Source of the DNA: a virus
Lineage: Duplodnaviria > Heunggongvirae > Uroviricota > Caudoviricetes
Virus record (IMG/VR): IMGVR_UViG_3300032327_000093
Span: 5,215-69,214 of that record
Reading direction: 5' to 3' (one strand)
DNA: 64,000 nt
Shown here: positions 56,128 to 64,000 of the stretch, in pieces
Layout: each line of letters opens with the position of its first letter
Position numbering within the stretch: position 1 is the first letter of the stretch
Program-made: the position numbers and the translations under genes
The notes under the pieces: generated by a model
Told to the model about the DNA's origin: nothing
The model's database searches: none
What the model saw: only the letters and a program-made list of their open reading frames with translations

Positions 56128-56826
56128 ATGATTGTACAGGGTGTAACATTAAATGGTACAAGAGTAGTTGATGCTAGTATCATCATACCAAATCTTGCTA
56201 TCTGGATAGATGCTAACAACAGTAGTAGTTACGGTGGTAGTGGCACAAGTATCACAGACTTAAGTGGTAATGGTCGAACACAGAATCTTACTAATGCTGG
56301 GCAATTTACTACCTTGAGCAGCATTAAATGCTTTGATTGTTCAAGTTCGGGATTAGGTATTGGAGCCGCCTCTATTGGACCTACATTACCTACATCAGGT
56401 TTTACATATATTTCTTGGGCTAGAATTATTGCCAGTACAGCTACTTTTAGGACATTGTTTAGAACCAGTCCTGATGATCATCCTATACTGATCAATGCCG
56501 GAACCAACGATCTAGGCATGTGGGACAACAGTAGTACTTTTCATTCAGCAGGATATAATGTAAGCAGTCTAGCTAATACTTGGGCTCAATGGGTAGTAAC
56601 AGGTGACAGTTCAGGTCAAACATTTTACATCAATGGTCAGCAGGTGGGAACCACCACATATTCGTCAGCAGGTAACAGTCATAATATTACAGGCAATGTT
56701 GGTCAAGCACCTGGTTCTACACAACCATTTGGATATATTGCTAACATGTTGTTATATACAACTAAACTAACACAAGAACAGATACAGCAAAATTACTACT
56801 ACTATAAGAGTTTGTTTGGTGTGTAA
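56128..56826 (+). CDS. concanavalin/LamG-like lectin-domain protein (fibre-associated)
   Basis: [22 protein letters not shown]...[23 protein letters not shown] resembles a LamG jelly-roll. Confidence 0.4.
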   Translation: MIVQGVTLNGTRVVDASIIIPNLAIWIDANNSSSYGGSGTSITDLSGNGRTQNLTNAGQFTTLSSIKCFDCSSSGLGIGAASIGPTLPTSGFTYISWARIIASTATFRTLFRTSPDDHPILINAGTNDLGMWDNSSTFHSAGYNVSSLANTWAQWVVTGDSSGQTFYINGQQVGTTTYSSAGNSHNITGNVGQAPGSTQPFGYIANMLLYTTKLTQEQIQQNYYYYKSLFGV

Positions 56827-56852
56827 TAAATATATATAAAAGGGATAACATA

Positions 56853-59800
56853 ATGTCAGTATTAAAATATTGGGACACGGGAACATCATCATGGCAAGTT
56901 GCTATAGTTGGTGCACAGGGTGCAACTGGACTTGCAGGTGCCACTGGACAAACAGGTTCAGGTAGTACAGGTGCATCAGGTGCTACTGGTGCAATAGGTT
57001 CAACTGGCTCAACAGGTTACACAGGTAGTACTGGCGCACAGGGTGCAACAGGTGGTATAGGATTCCAAGGTGCTACCGGATATAGTGGAGCAACCGGTGC
57101 AATAGGTAGTACAGGAGCAACCGGTGCAGGTGCCACTGGTGCTACTGGGGTAGGTACGCCGGGCAATGATGGTGCGACAGGTGCAAGTGGTAGCAACGGA
57201 GCAGATGGTGCGACAGGTGCAAGTGGTAGCAACGGAGCAGATGGCGCTACTGGTGCAAGTGGTAGCAACGGAGCAGATGGCGCTACTGGTGCAAGTGGTA
57301 GCAACGGAGCAGATGGCGCTACTGGTGCAACGGGCCCAACCGGTAATACTGGCGCAACTGGTTCAGGCACGGGTACTGCTAACAAGATTTACAACGGCAC
57401 AAGCTATGCTAATATCGCTACATCAAATGGCAATCTACAAATTGGTGTCAATAACAATACATGGAACTTTGGTAGTGATGGTAATATAACATTACCATAC
57501 AATGCTAAAGTAGCAGTATCTGAATCTACAACAACCTCAGGTGCGTTGTCATTAAATGGTACTACTAATTATCTAACACTACCATCAAGTAGTCAATGGA
57601 TTTTAGGTACAACATGGACTATAGAATTTTGGATTAATGCTAATGCATCTTCTACAGGAGTACTTCAACGAATAATAACACAGGAAGCTGATACCAGCCC
57701 CGGAGTACTTTCTTATATAGATATAAATGTATCTAATGGATTACTTGGCATTTTATGTACTCAAAGTAATGCAATATTTTATACAGAACCTACACCGGGT
57801 CAATGGACTCATGTAGCAATTGTTAATAACAATTCTGCTGATCAAGCATTATATGTATACTACAACGGGGTAAGACAAACATATAATACTGGTTACGGTG
57901 GACCTGCTAATTATGGAAGTACTAATGCTATTACTATAGGTAGATTCCCAAATAACAATTATCAATACTTCCCCGGCAAGTTATCTGATATAAGAATCAC
58001 TAGTGGGATAGCAGTATACACTGGAAACTTCACAGTTCCTACTAGTGTGTTAACAGTTACACAACCAGCTGGTACTAATATCGCTGCTATCCCAACTACT
58101 GCAAGTGTAGTATTACTAATGGGTATGCTAAGTAGTGGCACAGCATTTAATGATAGCAGTTCATACAACACAACGATTACTAATGTTGGTTCAACATTTA
58201 CTACTAGTGGACCAGGATTGATTGGTGGCATAGGCGGTGGCATTGTATTGGAATCAATAAGTGCTAATGGTACTACTTATGATTGGCAATTTAGTACAGA
58301 CGGCGGAACAATTTTCCCAACACTAACAGTTCAGCGTGGAGACGATTCAAGCGGGACAATTACAGGTCAAACATTATTGTTTGGCGATGGCTTACAAGAA
58401 GCAATTATTTCAACCCCAGATGCTAATGCTGACTTTACCGATAATAGTCAACGACTAGTAATCAATCCTGGCAAAGGCGCTGATGGCACCGCTGGCGAAG
58501 GTGGCGACATTTATCTATGGGCTGGTCGCGGTGGCGATGCTAGTGGTTCAGGTGGTGATATCAAGATTCGCGGTGGTCAAGGTGGTGCAAACACATCAGG
58601 TGGTACAGGCGGTGCAGGTGGTTATATCCGTATAGAAGCAGGCAATGGCGTTGGAACTGGTGATCCAGGTTATATAAATATCGTCGGTGGAGATAGTTCT
58701 ACTGCACAAGGCGGAAATGTTCAAGTGACTGGTGGCTACGGTCAAACAGTAGGTGGTACCGCAAAGATTTATGGTGGATATGGCACAGCAACAGGAGGTA
58801 ATGTTGACATCTGGGGCGGTAGTTCAGGCAATGGTCAAATAAACGAAGGCAATGTTAATATTGAAACCGGAGGCAAGACTTGGACATTTGATCCTTCAGG
58901 TAACTTATCATTGACTCGCGGTGGCATCATATATGAGACAGGTATCCCATTCGGTGGACTTGATGGCAATACAATTACATTGAAGCCATCAGGTGGAACT
59001 AATACTGACCAACAGTTATTAGTTTATCCAACAGGAAGCGGTGACTTTAATCACTTACACTTGACTACTGGTAACTTGTGGAATACTGAATTGTTCTTAG
59101 GCAATGATAACTTCTACGTGAAGTTAGCAAACACTGGTAACATTCTTATCAACACTAATGATAGTATCGGTAATATATTTCAATGGAGTTTTAATACAGA
59201 CGGTTCAATACTTGCAACTGATTCAGTAACATTAAAAGTTCCAAATGGTGTGCCAGGTACTGTTACTGCTATTACAGGCAGTAGTGGCGGTTGGGAAAGT
59301 AATCCTAGTTCTAACCTTGCTACTACTGGTGGCACAGGTACTGGATTAACAGTAGATGTTGGTAATGAAGGTGGGTATGCTAGTTCTATTGCGATACATA
59401 CTCCTGGCACAGGATATACAAACGGTGATACTATAAATGTTATAAGTGGAAGTTCAAGTGCTACATTTACTATAGGCATAGTTAACAATCAGTGGGCATT
59501 TAATGCAGACGGTAACTTAAATGCATCTGGCAGTGGTTACTTTGCTGGACAAAACTTATTTGTTGGTGAAGGTGCTAACACACTTACTCAATATAGTGCT
59601 TCTACACTAGTAGTAAGTGCAGACGATGAAGCATATATTCAAGCAGTCATTACCAATGTATCAGATGTTGGTAGTGCTGACTGGGTAGCATACGGTCATC
59701 ACGGTACTGATGCCGGTGGTTGGGTAGACATTGGCTTTACTAGTTCAGGATTCAACGATGCAAACTATACTATAACTAAGCCGGGTAGTGGTTATGTATT

Positions 59801-62012
59801 TGCACATGGATTTGATATCAATACTCAACCAGTAGTAGCAGGTGATGGCAGCTTAGTATTAGCAACTGGCGAACAAGGTAATGTAAAAGATATTATATTT
59901 GCTACTGGCGGATTCTTAGAAGCAAATGAGTTTATGAGAATTAGTAATAGCAATAATGCATTACAGTTAACAAAACAAGGTGTTACACTTGGTGATTATC
60001 CTAATGCAGGACCAGCTGCAAATACTGCTGCATTATCTGGCGCACAAGTTTATCTAAGTAGTACTGATGGAAATGCTTGGGTTGGTGTTGAAAATGGTAC
60101 GCCAACGATTGGAAGTACTCTAACTACAGTTTGGCAATTTGGTACAGACGGTAATTTAACATTACCAGCTAATACATTTAGTGTTAATTATGCTAACGGT
60201 ACACAAGTACCATTAGGAGCGACAGGCGCTACTGGCCCAACTGGTCCGCAAGGTGTAAGTGTTACATTGATTGGATCAGTAGCAAACAGTGCTGCTCTAC
60301 CAGTAAGTGGAAATGCAGGTGACGGATATATTACTATAGACAGCGGTGATCTATGGATATGGAATACTGTAACAAGTTCTTGGAATGATGTAGGACAGAT
60401 AGTAGGCCCACAGGGTGCTACTGGTATAGGCGCTACAGGTGCAACTGGTAGTAACGGAACAAATGGCGCAACAGGTGCCACTGGTAGTAACGGAACAAAT
60501 GGCAGTACTGGTGCAACAGGTACAGCAGGAACAAATGGTAGTACTGGTGCAACCGGCACTGCTGGTGTCAATGGCGCTACAGGTGCGACTGGCTTAACTG
60601 GAACAACTGGTGCAACAGGCTCACAAGGTAGCACAGGTGCAACCGGCTTAACTGGTAGTACAGGTGCTACTGGATTAACTGGTAGCACTGGCCCAGTAGC
60701 AGGTAGTAACACACAAGTTATATTCAATGATGCAAATGCTGCTGGTGCAAATGCTAACTTTACCTTCAACAAATCAACTAGTGTGTTGACAGTAACTGGT
60801 AACATAATAGCAAATAATATCAATGCTGGTAACTTATTAACTGCAAACTATTCAAGTGCTGTATTAACAACAGGCGCACAGCCAAACATTACAAGTACAG
60901 GTACACTAAGTAATTTAACTGTTACTGGTAATGTATCGGCTGGTAATGTTATCGTCAACGGTCAAACAGTAGTATTAACTGGTGCTGTTAATCCAGATTA
61001 CATACAAGTTGAAAAATCAGCAGACCAAACTTTTGTTGCTAAAAATGCTGATATTAATTTCAATGTAACAACTGCAACAAATGGTGGTATTGCATACGCC
61101 AGCAATATCTTCACACTAATTGCAGGTAAGACATATCTGTTAGAAGCAACTTTGTGTATTAATACTTTTACTTCAGCTAGTGCATTTATTTGGTGGAGTT
61201 GGGTAGATGCCACAACCAATGCTCAACTTGATACATCAAACGGTGGTGCGGTGTCAACTGGTAGTTCTGGTGTGGCAATTCCCGCAACTTGGACTGCAAA
61301 TGACAATTATTCAAGCACTGCTAAACTTATCTATACTCCTAATACTACTCAAACAGTAAAATTAAGAGCCACAGACGGTAGTGGGACTTGTACAGTTTTA
61401 GCAGTAGGAACCAGAGCCAGTATTGTTCAAATAAATCCTACTGCAAGTTTAAGTGCGGTATCAACTATAAATGCTTCAGGTAATGTCAGTGTAGGTGGTA
61501 ATTTAACTGTTACTGGTGCCGCTACGATAGGTGCAACAAAAATTTACAGTTGGCCAACAAATGGTGCCTCATCTGGTTATGTTAATTTAGGAACTTGGAC
61601 TACAACATCAAATGCAGGTCAAATGTTGGATATCAAGATAACTTTACACAATGGATATAATGCAAACCCAGGACAAATACAAGTAGTAGAATCAATATTC
61701 ATGTTGTCTAACGGCTCTACCGCAGCCACAACCGGTAGTAATACTGTTGTCACTGGTACAGTATTGGGAACTGGTGTTGCAACTACATTTAGCAAGTTGG
61801 GTGGGGCAACTGCTATGTCAACGTTGGTGTTGGTTCAGAACTCAGCAACTTCATATACAATATGGGCACAGGGTGTAGTTGCTTATACTGATAACAGCAT
61901 GTATCAAGTTGTTTATGGAGGAGGCTCGACTTGGACTAACTCTGGAACATTCCAAACAGGTGCCCCAAGTTATGGTAGCAATTATGTTGTTATAACTCCA
62001 CAAACTACCTAA
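56853..62012 (+). CDS. giant collagen-like tail-fibre protein, 1719 aa, with LamG-like domain and tandem repeats
   Basis: Collagen tracts at both ends; 4x tandem [12 protein letters not shown]; [17 protein letters not shown]...YVYYNGVRQ LamG-like segment; [29 protein letters not shown] module. Confidence 0.75.
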   Translation: MSVLKYWDTGTSSWQVAIVGAQGATGLAGATGQTGSGSTGASGATGAIGSTGSTGYTGSTGAQGATGGIGFQGATGYSGATGAIGSTGATGAGATGATGVGTPGNDGATGASGSNGADGATGASGSNGADGATGASGSNGADGATGASGSNGADGATGATGPTGNTGATGSGTGTANKIYNGTSYANIATSNGNLQIGVNNNTWNFGSDGNITLPYNAKVAVSESTTTSGALSLNGTTNYLTLPSSSQWILGTTWTIEFWINANASSTGVLQRIITQEADTSPGVLSYIDINVSNGLLGILCTQSNAIFYTEPTPGQWTHVAIVNNNSADQALYVYYNGVRQTYNTGYGGPANYGSTNAITIGRFPNNNYQYFPGKLSDIRITSGIAVYTGNFTVPTSVLTVTQPAGTNIAAIPTTASVVLLMGMLSSGTAFNDSSSYNTTITNVGSTFTTSGPGLIGGIGGGIVLESISANGTTYDWQFSTDGGTIFPTLTVQRGDDSSGTITGQTLLFGDGLQEAIISTPDANADFTDNSQRLVINPGKGADGTAGEGGDIYLWAGRGGDASGSGGDIKIRGGQGGANTSGGTGGAGGYIRIEAGNGVGTGDPGYINIVGGDSSTAQGGNVQVTGGYGQTVGGTAKIYGGYGTATGGNVDIWGGSSGNGQINEGNVNIETGGKTWTFDPSGNLSLTRGGIIYETGIPFGGLDGNTITLKPSGGTNTDQQLLVYPTGSGDFNHLHLTTGNLWNTELFLGNDNFYVKLANTGNILINTNDSIGNIFQWSFNTDGSILATDSVTLKVPNGVPGTVTAITGSSGGWESNPSSNLATTGGTGTGLTVDVGNEGGYASSIAIHTPGTGYTNGDTINVISGSSSATFTIGIVNNQWAFNADGNLNASGSGYFAGQNLFVGEGANTLTQYSASTLVVSADDEAYIQAVITNVSDVGSADWVAYGHHGTDAGGWVDIGFTSSGFNDANYTITKPGSGYVFAHGFDINTQPVVAGDGSLVLATGEQGNVKDIIFATGGFLEANEFMRISNSNNALQLTKQGVTLGDYPNAGPAANTAALSGAQVYLSSTDGNAWVGVENGTPTIGSTLTTVWQFGTDGNLTLPANTFSVNYANGTQVPLGATGATGPTGPQGVSVTLIGSVANSAALPVSGNAGDGYITIDSGDLWIWNTVTSSWNDVGQIVGPQGATGIGATGATGSNGTNGATGATGSNGTNGSTGATGTAGTNGSTGATGTAGVNGATGATGLTGTTGATGSQGSTGATGLTGSTGATGLTGSTGPVAGSNTQVIFNDANAAGANANFTFNKSTSVLTVTGNIIANNINAGNLLTANYSSAVLTTGAQPNITSTGTLSNLTVTGNVSAGNVIVNGQTVVLTGAVNPDYIQVEKSADQTFVAKNADINFNVTTATNGGIAYASNIFTLIAGKTYLLEATLCINTFTSASAFIWWSWVDATTNAQLDTSNGGAVSTGSSGVAIPATWTANDNYSSTAKLIYTPNTTQTVKLRATDGSGTCTVLAVGTRASIVQINPTASLSAVSTINASGNVSVGGNLTVTGAATIGATKIYSWPTNGASSGYVNLGTWTTTSNAGQMLDIKITLHNGYNANPGQIQVVESIFMLSNGSTAATTGSNTVVTGTVLGTGVATTFSKLGGATAMSTLVLVQNSATSYTIWAQGVVAYTDNSMYQVVYGGGSTWTNSGTFQTGAPSYGSNYVVITPQTT
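57171..57314 (+). repeat. perfect/near-perfect 36-nt tandem repeat x4 (ggtgc(g/t)ac(a/t)ggtgcaagtggtagcaacggagcagat) inside the giant fibre gene
   Basis: Direct reading; encodes ([12 protein letters not shown])x4. Confidence 0.85.
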
Positions 62013-62048
62013 TTATATAATTGGGTAGTTATCCACATAAATAAAGTT

Positions 62049-63602
62049 ATGAATAAAACAGGCTCAGCATCTCTAGTAAAAGATCCTTATACCAAAACAA
62101 AATTTAAGAACGATAAGGAATTACAGGATTTTATAAAGTGCTGCGACCCTGACACAGGCTATCTATATTTCATGGATAACTTTTTTATGATACAACACCC
62201 TACAAAAGGTAGTATGGTGTATCATCCATATGATTATCAGAAACGATTAATTCATACATATCATAACTATCGCTATAGTATCAGTTTGATGCCTCGACAA
62301 TCAGGTAAATCAACTAGTGCTGCTGGTTACTTACTTTGGTATGCTATGTTTGTACCTGATTCAACTATTCTTATTGCAGCACATAAGTATACAGGCGCAC
62401 AAGAGATTATGCAGCGTGTTCGCTACGCATACGAAAACTGCCCTAATCATATTAAAGCAGGTGTAACAACATACAACAAAGGCTCATTAGACTTTGAGAA
62501 CGGTAGTCGTATAGTTTCAGCAACTACGACTGAAAACACAGGTCGTGGTATGTCTATTACATTACTATACCTAGACGAGTTTGCATTCGTTCGACCAAGT
62601 ATCGCTAGAGAGTTCTGGACTGCTATCACTCCAACATTAAGTACTGGTGGTAAAGCAATCATCACAAGTACCCCAAACAGTGACGAGGATCAATTTGCTT
62701 TCATCTGGAAAGGTGCCAACAAAACTGAAGATGAGTTTGGTAACACTACTGAATTAGGCGTTAACGGGTTCAAAGCATATAGAGCAGACTGGCAAGAACA
62801 ACCTGGCAGAGATCAGAAATGGGCTGACGAGATGAAAGCACAATTAGGTGAAGATCGTTTCCGTCGTGAGATTGGTTGTGAATTCATTATCGCTGACGAA
62901 ACACTTATCAATCCAAATACATTATTGATGCTAGAAGGTATAGAGCCAGTAAGTCGTATGGGACAAGTCCGTTGGTATCAGAAACCAGTCAAAGGTAATA
63001 TCTATACAGTAGCACTAGACCCAAGCATTGGTACGGGTAATGACCCTGCTGCAATACAAATATATGAAGCAAACACCGTCACACAAGTTGGTGAATGGAA
63101 ACACAACAAAACTGATATTCCAACACAGATTAAATTGATGGCTCAGATAAACAAGTATATTGTAGAATGTACAGGTGAACCAAACAATGTATATTATAGT
63201 GTAGAAAATAACAGCATTGGTGAAGCAGCATTAGTATCACTAAACGAGTATGGAGAGAATAATATTCAAGGTATCTTTATTAGTGAACCAGGCAAGAAGC
63301 GTAAGGGATTTAATACTACAAATAAGAGTAAATTAACTGCTTGCGCTAAGTTTAAGACATTACTTGAGAGTAAGAAACTAACCGTAAATAGTCGTAGTCT
63401 TATAAGTGAATTAAAAGCGTTTGTAGCACATGCGGGTAGTTATGCTGCTAAAGTCGGGGACACGGACGACTTGATAATGGCCAGTTTATTGAGTGTAAGA
63501 ATGATACAGGAATTAGGTTCATATCACTTTGAATTAGACAGTTATGTCAAAGACCACGAAGAATTCATTGCCCCATTACCATTCTTTGCCGTACTAAGTT
63601 GA
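62049..63602 (+). CDS. terminase large subunit (T4 gp17-like)
   Basis: Walker A MPRQSGKST; Walker B LLYLDEFAFV; C-terminal nuclease-domain-like acidic motifs (VALDPSIGTGNDPAA, GDTDD). Confidence 0.8.
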   Translation: MNKTGSASLVKDPYTKTKFKNDKELQDFIKCCDPDTGYLYFMDNFFMIQHPTKGSMVYHPYDYQKRLIHTYHNYRYSISLMPRQSGKSTSAAGYLLWYAMFVPDSTILIAAHKYTGAQEIMQRVRYAYENCPNHIKAGVTTYNKGSLDFENGSRIVSATTTENTGRGMSITLLYLDEFAFVRPSIAREFWTAITPTLSTGGKAIITSTPNSDEDQFAFIWKGANKTEDEFGNTTELGVNGFKAYRADWQEQPGRDQKWADEMKAQLGEDRFRREIGCEFIIADETLINPNTLLMLEGIEPVSRMGQVRWYQKPVKGNIYTVALDPSIGTGNDPAAIQIYEANTVTQVGEWKHNKTDIPTQIKLMAQINKYIVECTGEPNNVYYSVENNSIGEAALVSLNEYGENNIQGIFISEPGKKRKGFNTTNKSKLTACAKFKTLLESKKLTVNSRSLISELKAFVAHAGSYAAKVGDTDDLIMASLLSVRMIQELGSYHFELDSYVKDHEEFIAPLPFFAVLS

Positions 63603-63621
63603 TATTAAGATAAATACTTTC

Positions 63622-64000
63622 ATGCCAACAAATTCAGAAACCCTCAATCGTCAACTATATCAATTGTTGTCCAAATACAAACCAAAGCCATTGGACGCAG
63701 AGGGTAAAGCTACCCCAGTTCCAGATGAGGCAGACATTTTCAAGTTTGAATTCACCAAAGACGGTGAAGATTATGGAACAGTATATGTCACATTAGATGA
63801 AGATAGAGTATTAACTGTTTACTTTGGCGATGATGTTACAGATAGTCCAGAGGACAGAACTCCAGGCATAGACTATGATGACACATGGAGTGGATTATTA
63901 CATCAATTAAGTTCTTTTAGAATGACTAGAGGACTTAAAGGGTTTGACACAAAGAACAAAGACCAAGTTAACGATGACATGGCAAGAAGGAAACATATGA
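63622..64000 (+). CDS. hypothetical protein, 3'-truncated at the window end (gene after terminase; possibly structural)
   Basis: Open frame from ATG 63622 to the window end. Confidence 0.35.
   Translation, partial: MPTNSETLNRQLYQLLSKYKPKPLDAEGKATPVPDEADIFKFEFTKDGEDYGTVYVTLDEDRVLTVYFGDDVTDSPEDRTPGIDYDDTWSGLLHQLSSFRMTRGLKGFDTKNKDQVNDDMARRKHM

Noticed and set aside
50400-60700. Periodic short repeats that could superficially look like a CRISPR array
   Set aside because: The periodicity is 9 nt (triplet Gly-X-Y coding) with no spacer-repeat architecture. It lies inside long ORFs.
1-64000. Prophage/integrative element or giant eukaryotic virus interpretation
   Set aside because: No integrase, repressor/antirepressor or att-like features were seen. 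Sigma70 promoters, SD sequences, lipoboxes and spanins point to a lytic Gram-negative phage.

Overview
The window looks like part of a large, AT-rich, tailed dsDNA bacteriophage genome. Nothing in it looks cellular, and no integrase or other lysogeny gene is visible. Almost every gene is on the + strand. The two exceptions are a three-gene block (21174-24909) and one orphan gene (36402-36896) on the - strand.

The host is probably a Gram-negative gammaproteobacterium. The evidence is consensus sigma70 promoters of the TTGACA-17 nt-TATAAT type, Shine-Dalgarno sites, Sec and lipoprotein signal peptides, an i-spanin/o-spanin pair, and a thymidylate synthase whose N-terminus is very close to E. 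coli ThyA.

Recognisable content, in order along the window:
- Replication and repair: a family-B DNA polymerase, a 5'-3' exonuclease/flap endonuclease and a UvdE-like endonuclease.
- DNA modification: a 7-deazaguanine pathway (TGT-like DpdA, FolE, QueD, QueE). It is interleaved with nucleotide-sugar genes: an HldE-domain-II-like nucleotidyltransferase, two paralogous glycosyltransferase-like proteins and an SDR-type epimerase. A TilS-like PP-loop ATPase lies about 5 kb upstream.
- Host interaction and accessory genes: a Dps-like protein, a secreted thermonuclease, a radical SAM enzyme, a MoxR-type AAA+ ATPase with a vWA/metallopeptidase-like partner, an SPFH (band-7) protein, small lipoproteins and a methyltransferase.
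- Lysis: a holin-like protein followed by the i-spanin/o-spanin pair.
- Structural and packaging: three giant collagen-like (Gly-X-Y) tail-fibre paralogs, a LamG-like protein and a T4-type large terminase.

Four signals stand out.
- (a) A sugar-decorated deazaguanine module: the DpdA/preQ0 genes are linked to the nucleotide-sugar and glycosyltransferase genes.
- (b) A family of at least six proteins share a T4-style capsid-targeting N-terminal decapeptide, M(R/K)xxEF(I/L/V)xE. They are probably packaged in the virion and ejected.
- (c) A tandem array of small paralogous genes (29.0-34.2 kb) is joined by a conserved 26-nt junction cassette that encodes ...EHFGVEE* plus an embedded SD and an overlapping ATG.
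- (d) A ~55-nt promoter-leader cassette recurs several times.

All calls come from reading the sequence and from remembered family motifs. No database search was run.
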